From Eledone cirrhosa (Eukaryota): a stretch of 64,000 bases of DNA. Made by a program: the position numbers and the translations under genes. The notes below the pieces were generated by a model, which saw nothing but the letters and a program-made list of their open reading frames with translations, was not told the DNA's origin and ran no database searches. The first letter of the stretch is position 1. Each line of letters begins with the position of its first letter. Location: assembly GCA_964016885.1 (NCBI GenBank), contig OZ024740.1:400768001-400832000 (forward strand), given 5' to 3'. Of the stretch, positions 27,236 to 41,967 are shown one piece after another.

Positions 27236-27949
27236 AATGAATACGACTAACATATAAAAACCATGTCTAAATTGTGAACTATTTCTCTTTCTTTAATATT
27301 ACTTTCTATCCATATTCTCAGCTTTTTTCTTTGTCTCTCTGACTCTTTGCGCCTTTACCGCTTGGTTTGACTTTAATCATCACTTATTTTATCCGACCTG
27401 GCATTCTTTTATTTCCCATTTCAACAACGTTATTTATTTATGAACCCAAAGTTCATTACTCACTATCCAGATAGCTTATAGAAACTGATTCACAAAATAA
27501 AGAAGAACTGGACACAGCTTGCAATATATGATCATGCATATTCTCAATCGAAGGCTTAAACAATAACAACAGACTAGCAACAAGTAGATTTAATTTTGGG
27601 TAGTCAATGTAATACATCTCTCGGTTTAACGCCACTTCATGGAACTTGAAATCAGTTTCAAGCATTCGAACATAGTCTTCGGTTAAGAATCCTAACCTTC
27701 CTTCCTTTTCCTCAATCACAAAGTAAATAATAAAATAATCAAACAAGTGAAGGAATAAAAGATCAATAAAAGATAGCTTTATCCCCACTGACATTTCAAT
27801 CTACTGTGCGTTACAGTAAAACAAAGCTAGTCAGTGTAGCAATGCCCGATCATAGGTATATTAAATAATAATATTATCATTCCAACGAAGATTGAAATTA
27901 TAATTTAAATAATCAGACCTCTAATGAAGGACGCCTCTGTACATGTGTG

Positions 27950-27999
27950 TGCATCCGTATGTGAGCAGGGAAAAGCAAGCAGGGAAAAGCGGACGTAAA

Positions 28000-28026
<27 letters not shown>
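27950..28026 (+). mobile_element. RTE-type 3' tail with (TGA)n
   Basis: GCAAGCAGGGAAAAGCGGACGTAAAATGATGATG, homologous to the minus-strand end at 40436-40490. Confidence 0.7.
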
Positions 28027-28030
<4 letters not shown>

Positions 28031-28156
28031 TAAATGAAATTTATCTGCATGAAATTCGGAAATGTTATTATGTGAATTTCTGTCTTACTTTCACACTATA
28101 TTTATTTCAATTTTAACTTCTCACCGAGAGCCTTGTAAACGCCCCCACGCCCCCCC

Positions 28157-28224
<68 letters not shown>

Positions 28225-28781
28225 CCCGCCGTACTCAATATACGTACGCAATATGTTTGTTTTCTCGCGCGAGGCTGGTGAGTAATTCCGTAACTTCTCA
28301 GAGTTTTCCTCCATTGATTAGAAGATATGATAACTTTAAATATTCCTAATCTGTTCGGACATGTCAGCTATGAATTATTTTGAATATCTCTTGAATTATA
28401 TCTGCAGAATAAGACACCAGAGGACGTGTTAATGTCATTAAATTACTGCCCAACTTTAAGCTTTATTCCCTGTATTTTTTAGTTATACTCACATGCACAC
28501 TCACACACACACACACACACACGCGCGGGTACATATGTATGTATAAATCACTACGTTGACATGTACGTATGTATATTATATATGTCATAACTTTAGGTTT
28601 CATATTACGTATATTCTACACAATCACGAGACTTTGAATTTAACCAGTTTCTTTAATATTTATGACATATATAACTCTTTGTCATATAACGACTCCGTAA
28701 TTACATTTTGAGTTTAAATATTATAAGGGGCTTACTGCATTGAATATAATATCTAATAATGTACTTCTTACCGTGAGAGTG

Positions 28782-28847
<66 letters not shown>

Positions 28848-28903
28848 AAAAGATAAAGAGAAAAACAATGTATATATATATGTATGGGTATGTATGTATG
28901 TAC

Positions 28904-28995
<92 letters not shown>

Positions 28996-29534
28996 GTGCG
29001 TGCATACAAAACGAAGAATCTATAATCAGACGAACCAGTGGGGGAGCATCTACGTTGTTGCTGGACATTCTAAAAATAAGTTAAATTCTTTTCCAATATA
29101 ACCTATTCCCAAACAACAAAATATTGAAATACTCAAAGTATTGGCTTGGAATCGGCATAAAAAACAACCAATGACAATAGAAACAATTAAAACATGTTTT
29201 GAAACATATTTAGATTTATTTCATTGAAGCTTCGAGAATTATGAAAAGCTTCGAGAATTATGAAAAAAATATATTCAAAGCAACTAAAACTAAACAAAAT
29301 ATGTGAAATTAAACAGCTATACTATATATAAATATGTACTTTGAATTTAGAGATTATTTCAGTCATATTGATTTGTACTTTTGATACTGTAACACAAACA
29401 CTGTTGGGTTGAAAATAATTGATTAAATCCAACCTCATTAATTGACTAGTCTTTATTTTAATGAATACGTAAAGGAGAAATTGCAAAGTGCACATGAGCA
29501 GATTTGGAACTCAGAACATGAATATCTAAAGTAA

Positions 29535-29725
29535 ATAATTGTTTCTACTTTTGGCACAAGGCCAGGAATTAACCAGTACATTACTGGTATTTTATTTTAT
29601 CGACCCCGTAAGGATGAAAGGCAAAGTTAACCTCGGTGGGATTTGAACTCAGAATGGCAAGGGCCGTAACTCTATGCGTCAAAGCATGGCGTCCGACCCT
29701 CTACAGATACTGCCAATCCACACCA
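29535..29725 (-). mobile_element. SINE family A, full length
   Basis: Reverse complement of the consensus including A and B boxes. Confidence 0.9.
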
Positions 29726-30307
29726 GGTATTCTATCCCCAGATGTATCATCGATTCTCTCAACCCTCGGACATTATGCTTGCATGCAATATTAGAACATC
29801 TATATGTAGGATATACGAAAAGAATCACCAACAAAAATGCCGGAGTGCGCCTCTTTAGCTTTATGTAGAAATAGACGGCATTCTTGGTAATTAATTTGTA
29901 ACAGTGTCAGAGAACTCTCTTTACGTTCCGTGGAACACAATCACCACTTGACACTGTTAGTGAATATGAATGTATGTCTTTAAATAATTTTATTTCCTGC
30001 CGTTTTCTCTGTCTTGCTTTCCCATTTTCTTTCTCAATTTCATTGCCTGTGCTCAAGGTTTTATTTTCTTTTCTCTCTCTCTCTCACCCTCTCTCCCTAT
30101 CTCTCTCTCTCTCTCTCGCCTCTCTTTCGCCTCTCTCTCACCCTCTCTCGCTCACCCTCTCTCTCTCTCTCTCGCCTCTCTCTCTATCCCCTCTCCCTCA
30201 CGCATACAAACACATTCGCCCTCCTTCTACTTCATTCTTATACTCTTTTCTGTTGCTATCTTCATAGTTCTCCCTTTCGTTCGCTCTTTCTCTCAATCTC
30301 CCTCTCA

Positions 30308-30341
<34 letters not shown>

Positions 30342-31139
30342 CACACTCCCCCCCCTCTCTCTCTCTGTATAACATAGGCATACAGACAAACATGCAGATA
30401 TATAGTGTAAAAGTGAGGGAGATATATAAAGTGAACTAGAGTGGAAATGCAGAAAGAGAGAGTAATTTAAAAAGGGATAGCTTGAGACAATAATATGCTA
30501 TCGAGCCTCATCAGACGCACCCGTGGGACTATTTACCGATTGGTTGTCTGTCAAATGAACTCTATTTTGCTTAATATGATCAGTTTGCATATATGGAATA
30601 ATCTTAGTAGGGTTGGCGATACGGACCCACACTGACTGGGAAGTGCCAAATCTCTTTAGCGAAGATCCCAGTAGAACTCGAAGCAAAGCTTTGTTGATAG
30701 ACGTAGAGGAAAATACAACCAGACGTCGATCGAATTTTCCGTTTATATCTCTGCCAACAACTGCAGTCAGATTGGTGACGTGCTCGCGTGACACTCGTGC
30801 GTGACTCTGCAATTCTCTGAGACTTTGGGTCATTGAACTAGTTGCCAGTTGCTAATACAACGAGCCATTCTTCTGTCTCATGCTGTATCTATCTTTCTCG
30901 CTAGTCGCTCCTTCCAGTTATTTCTTCTTTCCATTCGTTTCTTTTATACAATACTATGATTCTCTCTTAATGTATGCTCATATATATATGTTTTCATTTC
31001 TCTTTGCATTAATCTATGCATCTATATATCTATCCTAGTACGTATTTATCTGAATACATTCCGTCTGTCTGTCTACAAACATCTCTCTCCCCCACTTCTC
31101 TTCCTCTCTCTCTCTTTCTATCTATCTCTCTCTCTCTAT

Positions 31140-31554
31140 ATATATATATATGTGTGTGTGTGTATGTGTGTGTGTTTGTGTGTGTGTATGTTTGCGTTTG
31201 TATGTGTATGTATATATATGTGCGTGTGTGTATATATATATGTGCGTGTGTGTATATATATATGTGTGTGTGTATATATATATATATATGTGCGTGTGTG
31301 TATATATATGTGTGCGTGTGTGTATATATATATATATGTGTGTGTGTATATATATATATATGTGCGCGTGTGTATATATATATATATGTGCGTGTGTGTA
31401 TATATATATATATGCGTGTGTATATATATATATATATATATGTGTGTGCGTGTGTATATATATATATATATATGTGCGTGTATGTATATATATATATGTG
31501 CGTGTGTGTATATATATATGTATGTGCGTGTGTGTGTGTATATATATATATATG

Positions 31555-31585
<31 letters not shown>

Positions 31586-31757
31586 GTGCGTGTATGTATA
31601 TATATATATATGTGCGTGTGTGTGTATATATATATATATGCGTGTGTGTGTATATATATATATATGCGTATGTGTATATATATATATATATATATGTGCG
31701 TGTGTGTATATATATATATGTGCGTGTGTGTATATATATATATATGTGTGTGTGTGT
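31140..31757. repeat. compound (TA)n/(TG)n/TGCG minisatellite-like array
   Basis: Repeating unit of the form (TA)nTGTGCGTGTGTG. Confidence 0.9.
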
Positions 31758-32078
31758 ATTGGAGTATTTATGTAAATCTCTATAGTAGACTGCCTCTCCT
31801 TCTGTCTATCTCTCTATCTCCATCCGTTCACCAATCCATCAAAATCCATCCGGCACAATCTCATCCTTCAAGCCATCTATCAATCCGTCATCCAACCAAA
31901 TTTTGCTCCTTAATGTCTCTTTCTTTTTCTCTTTCTAATTTATTCCTTTATTTCTTTCTTACTCTCGCTCTTCTTGTTCTCTCTCTCTCCATCTCTTTCT
32001 TCTTTTCTCTCCTGCTGGGTATGTATGTATATATTAATGGATACGTATGTATGCATGTTTGTGTGCGACAGAGAGAGA

Positions 32079-32156
<78 letters not shown>

Positions 32157-33095
32157 ACAGGTGGTCAGCGTTGAACAATCAGAAATGTCATTTTACCTAG
32201 CTGAGACATAAGTACTACAGAGTACAGAGCAATTACAAAACACAACTATGATGAGAACTGTTAAATTGAAAATACGTTTGCAAGCTTTTAGCACAAACTA
32301 ACTCCTGAAGGAAAGAAGAAATTTTCGCAGGACGCAATCAATCATAAATCAGTTTGCTCTCTTTCGGAATATATATATAACTGTAGAACACTGGAGGATT
32401 ATATCCAATGTAGTAGAGCACTCAGTCCATGGGACGAGTTTGGTAGAAATAGTTCCACAACAGTTAGTTCACCATACCGTGAACAAATGTTTCACCTTAT
32501 GCGGATCTTCATATACTACATCTACACACACACACTTATATATATACCTGATAAATAGGAATATATATATTAGCCAGTTCGATATTGTTCTTAGTATATT
32601 GACTGTTGCCTAATTTTCTGGACTTCTCACTTTTAACATCTGAAATTTAGAGATTTTAGGATTTGGGGTTTTGAAATCTTAAATATTTTCCATAATAATT
32701 TATATTAACCAGAGCATTAGGTAGCTCTCTCACTTTGAGGTTGATGGTCTGTATAATATCCCGCCACAAACGGGTAGCGGCTACGCATATACTGAAATTC
32801 TGCTGGACACCAAAGTTATCAGGAAAGAATTTGGCTGAATTAAACTCCCACTGACGGTATAGTGTTGTCGGCTGAGGTGGTGGGGGATTGGTAGGCAGAG
32901 AGAACATATAAGGTTAGTAGTATTCTGGGTGGTAGTTAGTGGTCAGCAACCCACACCACTGCGACTGGGCAGAGATGTCGGGAGGTTCTGAAAGTTAGAA
33001 AGGAGCGGACATCCAAAGCAAAAACAAACCTTTATTTAGGCCGCTCCCATCCACCCATAATTGCCTTCGAAATGTTACCTTTTACTCAATTTTTC

Positions 33096-33141
<46 letters not shown>

Positions 33142-33401
33142 TCGTTACTGTGCTTATATACGATGTATACATAGACCTAATCGATATGTTCATGGTGTCA
33201 CCCTTATATAGCCTTATGTGTTAACACTTGTCATCAAGTGTATTCATTTTTCGCAACATTGATTGGGTTTGTGACTGCCTCAAATGATTCAATTGGTATT
33301 TGCCCTATTACAGCATCAGGTTCAATGTATAGCTAATATGTGTATATATATATATATATTACCTTAATTACTGTTGTTACTCCCGATTACACGCTCACAC
33401 G

Positions 33402-33447
<46 letters not shown>

Positions 33448-33648
33448 CACAACATAGTTGTCGCCAAGAAATCCAGGATAAATCTCCTACACTCGGATAT
33501 GTCTCATTAAACAATAACTCTCTACTTGAGTGGGTCATGGTGTCCAAATCCTGATTTGAAAGACTTCGCCAGGTGGTGCTATTAAGTTACACATGGCCTG
33601 GGCCAATACTGGCCGAAATCTCTCGGAGTTATACTTATATAAACATGG

Positions 33649-33819
<171 letters not shown>

Positions 33820-34019
33820 TTGTGGAATAGAGAGGATAAATCGAACTCAGGTTAGACTGGTACTTTATTTAAAGACTCAAAAGGGTGAAAATCAAAGTTG
33901 ATACTCTCTGGATTTGAACTCAGAGTGCAGAGAATCAGAAGGAATAGCTGATGCATTCTATCTGACGTTTTAAGGATTCTGCCAAAGTTAGTTGAATCAG
34001 TAGTTAACCACTATCAAGT

Positions 34020-34568
34020 AAACATATTACAGATTGTAAAGAAATATGTTAATGATTAAATTTTGATATCTAATTCTGAGTTTTGGTAGATTGCATTTAG
34101 GGTTTTTGGAATAACGTAACTCGATGGAGTGCGTAGCTCGGAGATCAAAGCGTCACTCCAGGTAGAGCCGCTACTTCTCCAAATTCAGAGATCACAGCTG
34201 AGATACTATGGGTATGTGTTTAGAATGTCTCAGTAATGAATCGCTGGACAGATTTATACGGCCAAAACCACCCGACAGGAGACCCACAGGAAGAACCCCA
34301 TCAAGTTGGTTAGATAACATCCATGAGCTTGGCTGGTCTCACTTGGGGATGTAGCCGGATCAGTTGGAGACATTTGCTTCTGACAGGACCCACTCGAAGG
34401 AGTGTTTGAGGATTCCACCACTACGACCCTGTCAGGAAGAAGAAGAAGAAGAAGAAGAAGAAGAAGAAGAAGAAGAAGAAGAAGAAGAAGAAGAAGAAGA
34501 AGAAGAAGAAGAAGAAGAAGAAGAAGAAGAAGAAGAAGAAGAAGAAGAAGAAGAAGAAGAAGAAGAAG
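34020..34568 (+). mobile_element. degenerate RTE (Expander/Rex3-like) 3' end followed by (GAA)n
   Basis: SQLRYYGYVFRM...GRRPTGRTP..WLDNIHELGWSHLG...PPLRP; (GAA)n at 34436-34568. Confidence 0.75.
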
Positions 34569-37453
34569 CATTTGCTTCTTTTACTTTATAAATTTGTAGA
34601 AATACATACTCACATCTTGTGTAGTTTATCTCTTGAAGCTATATCACCAAATAAAATGTTTGTTGGTAAGAATATTTCTCTTTAGTGCTCAATGCACTCA
34701 AGCTTTCCCTCATGCACCGTTTCCGACTAACCCATTTTACTTATCCATGATTATTGTAGGGAAAACATTTGCAGAGTGCCATACAGGAGTTAAATAAAAA
34801 AAACCAAGTGATTGTAAGGAAAACTATTTAGCCACATGGTTACGAATTGTTTTGACTTGGCTAAAGTCCATCTTCAGAGTAATCAAAGCTAACATCCCAC
34901 ACATATCTTTACTCTGTAGACCGTTGAAACGTAGAGATGGTTGAGGACTCTCCCTCACGCATATCTTGACACACCGCCGAGAATAGAAACACTTCTTTTA
35001 CTCATATAGACTCATTTGCTGTTAAAGAAAGACCGTAAACTTGTAACATATTTCATTAACACGAATTTGAGACAAATGAATTCAAAGACACTCTCCCTCG
35101 ACTTACATCGACGCGACAGTAGCAGACTTAACAAATGTTAGTTCGGCTGTTGTTCATATAGTTGTCACTGTTGCTCACTCGAGACTGTCATATGCCATCA
35201 ATGTTTTTCTCGGTATTATTCAGTTCCACATAAATGGTTACCGCCCTTTTACGGAGTACATTCACTTACTCACGCTTTTGTTTTTCATTTGTGGGTGAGA
35301 CGGGTTGGGAGTATGTTTACCAACTGGTATGAGTTAGTAAATCAAAGATAAGTTTTCTTAAGAAAACCTATGTATCTGTCTCTTGGTAATTTAGAGACAA
35401 GTGTGCTAAATATTTCCCACCTACTTGTTCTCTTTTCACTTTAATTTTCTAAAGAGTACGAAATTCGCTTAACATATTTACACTCTCTAGTGCTCAAAAT
35501 GAAAGGAAAAGCAAGCAGCGGCAACATGAAAATTAACAAGAATAACATCAAACACAACAACAGTGATGATATAACAATACAACAGATTTATGGAGAAATG
35601 AAATTAGATGTTTTGAAGATTACGCATTTCTCAAGAGCATTACTAGAGAAATGCCATCAACTACGAACAGTAGCCCATTCACAAATACAGTAGGGCGTCT
35701 TTCTTATGCGATAGTTAAGTTAATGTTCACATATTTAATGCAGAGAACATCAAAGAGCTAACTAGAGCTAATTATGCACCGGGGAAAATAAAACACATAT
35801 ATATATTAGTACATGACTGATAGTTTTTCATTAGTATTATTATTATTTTGGGTATGATGGGAGACAACTCTGCACATGTTTCGGTCTTTTGCTGTATTTG
35901 GCACTGAAATAATATTTATTATAACATTGATGATGAAATTGATTATGATGATGATGAGGATGATGATGATAATGATGATGGTGAAGGATGATGGTTGTGG
36001 TGTTGATGGCAAAAATAATGAGGATGTATTTCTTCTTACAATGGCACAATGCCAGAACGTTGTGGGTAGGGAGTGTATTTATTTGGACTATAACTGTGAG
36101 GAATGTACTTGAAAGTTGTATAGCCAGAAGAGGTACTTGTATGTATTTTATGGAAGTCAACCTAGACGATTGACAAAGTAAGCTTTACATAATAATTCAT
36201 TAATAAATGAACACAAAACAATACTTTTCACATCAACCTAGCGTAGATACAAGCAACAGATATAAGCCAGCGACACAACGAAGCAAAACTATCAAAAATG
36301 GAATATGTATCAATTACTTGAAATAGAAAACTAGAAACCTCACATGCAAAACAAGATTAAAGCAATATATCTACAAAACAGAAGGCTTATACAATATCAT
36401 CCTAAAATTATTATCTCTCACATTCAGGCCACACTACATTATTGAAATAAAAATAGCAACAAATATAAAGGAATAACAGCTTGGATGAACGTCACCAATG
36501 ATAAATGTAGTGGAACATTAATTATCAAGTTTTCATCACATTCACCTTCCACAAACAGAATCTACAATGATAATGTCAACAATGGAAAGGGTTCAACATG
36601 TCCAGACTGTACTGCAGCATGTTGGACTGACATGTTCATGTCGCAATGTGCAGGGTGCTCTTCAGTTTTGTAGCGCTAAGGTATATCTGAAACAATAGGT
36701 CTGTACGCCCGACTTTAACTTTCGGCTGAACATTTATGTCGAATTAAATCGGCTGGGTGTGAGTTGACATGTGGCTGACACAATAGCAATAAGCAACACT
36801 CAGCAACACACAATACTGCCACCACATCTCTCACTCTCTTATCCTTTATTTGCCAGAAATACAAACGTCTAGAGCTGTTTTATAAGATAAGTTACCCCTA
36901 CGGGATATAGAGAAATATTTTATTAAATATAAAGGAAATAATAATCAAAATAAATGTCAAGAAAATATATATTTTCGGTGAGGAAAAAACGTTAACGTTT
37001 TGAGCTTTTTAACAAAATGATGAAGATAAAGACTAGAAAAGAAAACAAATATGTATTTTTATACAGGATTCATGGTAATAATAATTTAAAGAAATAGTTG
37101 AGTAGAAATTCGCAGCAATATGTGGCGACATCATCGGATAGTTAATATTTAATATATGAAAAACAAAATGTGTATTGAGCTTCAGAAACAATGAGAACAT
37201 TTTATAACTTCCTTGGACTAGGCAAGATATTATGTATATTGCAAAAGTATAGTTTTTATAGGAGTTAGAGTGTTAGAATACAAAATGGTACTCATAAGCA
37301 TTTAACAAATTCTTTAAACCATAGAAACACGGGTACATTGAAACAGATATACATGAGTAGGACGGAAACACAGACACACACACCGAGGAAAATAAAACAC
37401 ATATATATTATTATATAACTGATAGCTTTTCATTAGTATTATGCATTGGTCAT

Positions 37454-37650
37454 AGGTGGTGGATTGGCAATATCGGTAGAGGGTCAGACGCCATGGTTTG
37501 ATGCATAGAGTTACGGCCCTTGCCATTCTGAGTTCAAATCCCACCGAGGTTAACTTTGCCTTTCATCCTTATGGGGGCGATAAAATAAAGTACCAGTAAT
37601 GCACTGGATAATTGCTGGCCTTGTGCCAAAAGTAGAAATAAGTATTATTA
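37454..37650 (+). mobile_element. SINE family A, full length
   Basis: GGTGGATTGGCAATATCGG, GAGTTCAAATCC, central domain and tail. Confidence 0.9.
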
Positions 37651-38248
37651 CTATCTATCCATCCATACATCCATACTTACATACATATATATGTGTGTGA
37701 GTGTGGCTATCTATATGTATAATCTATATGTATACGTACATACATTCGAAATCTTGACAGACCATTTTTCGAAGCCAAAGGACATATTTTAATTTATTAA
37801 TACTTATACACCCACATCGATATACTATGTATCTGTGAATATATCATACGTATATTGATGCCTACATCCACGAGTATGTGTCTAAAGAGAACAATTCTCT
37901 TTCCCACACTTCAGAATCTGTTAAACATTATGAACATTTTATTAAAACAGGTTTATTATGAGACCGAATCTTATTCAGAGAACCTAGGATTTGGCATTGC
38001 ATATCACGAAATTGTATTAAATTCTATACGAAACATATCCTCAAACCAAAGACAGAGAAGCACTGAAAAAAAAAAGGAAATAAACGAAATTATACAATGA
38101 AACAATGACACTAAAGTACAGTAGAAATTTTTTGTTTCCATTATAAATAGTTATTTTAAAACTCAGTCTCTCGTTTAGAATTATTCTTAATTTTCTCTGT
38201 AGTCTATTTATTCAAACATGTCAACATTTTGGATCATGGTAACGGCGT

Positions 38249-38381
<133 letters not shown>

Positions 38382-38679
38382 AGAAGAAAAACGGAGAGAG
38401 AAAGGGAGAGAGATTTGTGTGGGTATTTGTGCGAGTAAGAAATAAGATTGGGTATCTGTCAACGTAGGGACGTATATTTTTTTTCGTTACACAGAGGTTA
38501 TAGTATGTATATATAAATAGGTGTGGATTCCTGAAGAATGACATGGGATATATTAGAGGAAAATAGTTATGTCTATCAACGTACCTATCAATTTTTCTAT
38601 CCTTCACCCACTCTAACACATTCGAGGTCTGTCACATAGAGGCAAACTATCTCAAAATCTAACTACATCATACATATAT

Positions 38680-38726
<47 letters not shown>

Positions 38727-38748
38727 TATGTATGTATATATATGTATA

Positions 38749-38843
<95 letters not shown>

Positions 38844-38850
38844 TATTGTA

Positions 38851-38958
<108 letters not shown>

Positions 38959-39232
38959 AATATATATACATATACATATATATGCATACATAAATAAATA
39001 GATAAATAAATAGACATACATATGAGTGTACGAGTGTAAAACTCTATGCATGTGTAAATCAGAATGTACATTTTGCTGATGGTGTATATCACAGTAAGTC
39101 GTTCGTTTGCTATAATTATATTTTATGTTTGTATCATGTTATGCTTCCTCCTATCATCACGTGTATGTATATACGTGTACATGTGACAACTTACACAAAC
39201 ACACACACAGACGTACATACATACATACACAG

Positions 39233-39280
<48 letters not shown>

Positions 39281-39298
39281 ACATATGAACGTGAGAGA

Positions 39299-39347
<49 letters not shown>

Positions 39348-39481
39348 ACACATGTACACATATATAATTGTTTTTTTTAACGCATGCATTGATTTACTAG
39401 CATAGCGTCGTAAAGTTTCGACCTAAACATCTTTTCGCCAATACATATGTATATATATATATATAAATATATATATGTGCG

Positions 39482-39525
<44 letters not shown>

Positions 39526-40200
39526 GATAAACAGAAATAACAAAGCAAACGTCACAGTATATATATTATTTTAACGTTTGACGTAGCAGAAACACAGTCT
39601 TAACGTTTCGGACATTAGAGCTTCACCAGAAGATAGAGTTAGAAATAGAAGATAAAATAGAAAGATAAAGAAGGAGAAGAGGAAGGAACGGAAAAAATGT
39701 GAAAAGAAAATAGGAGAAAAATCTTATCAAAACCGAAAATAACCCCGGCTATCATGCAATGAATGAAAAACGACCGTTCCAATTCATTATCCCTGCTAAG
39801 TTTTCCTCTCTGCTGATACTAGAGATGTAGATGCAAGTTTTAGACACGTTTTATATTTTCGGTACTACATTGTAGATGTTCTAATCCAAACTTTATATAC
39901 TAGCAAACATCCTATTTTTGAACATTTGGTGTGTAAGATAATCTACCCATCCATATATTATTTTTCTAACATTGTAAACTGTCAAATACACCCTATACAA
40001 TTAAGACATGAGCATCCCATCAAACCATATTTATCAGTCCATAACTTCTTATCTTCTCACATGCGTAGAATGACAAAACATTAGAAACAAAGATTAACAT
40101 AAAGATAAATTAAATAATAATAATTATTAGTGTAACAATTCAGAACAATTTTATCACTAATAAACGTGTCCGCTATTTCTGCATGTGTTTAGTATGTGTG

Positions 40201-40392
40201 TATATATATGCGTGAGTGTGTGTGTATGTGTGTAGTTGGATGGACACACAGTTAGACAAACATACACATGTGATACAGCAGCAAATACCTACATCCACAT
40301 GTAGGTAGTTGCTGCTGTATCACATGTGTAAGTTTGTCTAACTGTGTGTTCATCCAACTACACACATACGCACACACTCACACATATATATA
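40201..40392. repeat. ~94-bp-arm hairpin with a 4-nt loop
   Basis: ...GCAGCAAATACCTACAT-CCAC-ATGTAGGTAGTTGCTGC...; few mismatches. Confidence 0.9.
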
Positions 40393-40435
40393 TTCATTCA
40401 AATATATATATATGCATATATATATGTGCGTGTAT

Positions 40436-40640
40436 ACATCATCATCATCATCATCATCATTTTGCGTCCGCTTTTCCCTACTTGCAAGGGTGGGACGGGT
40501 ACTATTCAGCATAGCACCTCTCCACTTGTCACAGTCCTTCGTCATCTACTCCGTGAGCTTCAGCCATCTGAGGTTTGCTCTCACGACCTCCTACTATATT
40601 TTTCGTGGTCTCCCTCTACTGCGTCTTCCTTCTACTGTAT
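40436..40640 (-). mobile_element. RTE LINE 3' end with (TGA)n tail
   Basis: Minus-strand TVEGRRSRGRPRK...DKWR. Confidence 0.8.
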
Positions 40641-40660
40641 AGATACATTTATATATATAT

Positions 40661-40734
<74 letters not shown>

Positions 40735-41118
40735 ATTGTAATTCTGCCATTACCTCATTACCACGACAGAAGTCCGACGACCTTTTGATTCGGGCTAGAC
40801 CGATATGGATCGAACCATGAGCTGATCAATAGCGAAACGCGCGTCACTACTCAATTAACGTAATGAAGACATAATAAATCATCCTTTTTATTTTTATTGT
40901 TATTATTACTATTATATATATATAGCAAAGTTAAAACTAAATATAGAAAGCTCAAAGAAAATTAGTGAATTATATATGATCGTATATAATTGCCACGTTT
41001 TTTCGGGAATAGCTATAACTTTTTGTTTCGTATAAAAACATAAATTCCTGATGAATTCATGCGAATGAAACAGTTCTAGTCATGTAGAAGCCTTTTCTAC
41101 TCTCTATATAATATATGT

Positions 41119-41189
<71 letters not shown>

Positions 41190-41194
<5 letters not shown>

Positions 41195-41381
41195 AACGAG
41201 TAGGACCCCGACGGCTGAGCTCAAGCCGTTTCGACGGCTAATTCTAGACAGAATTAGCCGTCGAAACGGCTTGAGCTCAGCTGTCGGGGTCCTACTCGTT
41301 CCTATTACCCACTCTACTACCCTAAGTATTGAGTACGTTGGTGCGTTAAGGTCCACCTGGTTCCTTATCACATTTCCTTCG

Positions 41382-41384
<3 letters not shown>
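41190..41384 (+). mobile_element. mini fold-back element, copy 2 (hairpin 41190-41305 plus tail)
   Basis: Near-perfect 56-bp stem with a 4-nt loop; tail homologous to copies 1 and 3; (TA)n on both sides. Confidence 0.9.
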
Positions 41385-41435
<51 letters not shown>

Positions 41436-41967
41436 CGTTTCTGAATTTGTTTAGCAAGATTCTTTATCTGAAATCGTGTGTTGGAACCGATATTGTTATA
41501 CTTTGGGAGGGTCATGTTGCCAATAAGAAACACACGCACCAGTTGCTTTCACTTCAATTTATTATATATTTATAAATTTATAAATTTACAAATCTACAAA
41601 CTTATAAATTTCTGGTTGGTTGGTTGGTTCCACAACCAGATAGTTGTTTATATATAGTCATAGTCCTTTCGTCACACACTCTGTGACCTCTTCAGTGACT
41701 GGGGATTCCTTTCTTTGTTTCTGTGCCTTTCCTTTCTTCTATCTTACGCCATTTTGTTTCTGTGTGTGTGTTGTGTGCTCAGTTTGCGCATGCGCCACAT
41801 CCGGGTGTCTGTGTGTGTTTGTGTTCATTTATCTATTTGTTTATTTATTTATTTATTTATTGTTGGTTGGTTGTTTGTTCTATGTGTGTGTGTATTTTCA
41901 TTTTGTCCTTAATTGTAAGTTGTGATGTTGCTGTTCCACTCATATTTTCTATTTAATTTTGGTTGTA

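Noticed and set aside
27456-27794. 112-aa minus-strand ORF in unique DNA
   Set aside because: No recognisable domain or splice context.
30498-30833. 111-aa minus-strand ORF
   Set aside because: No recognisable protein similarity.
35777-37441. ~60-bp similar segments at 35777 and 37381
   Set aside because: Too short and diverged to define an LTR pair, with no coding remnant between them.
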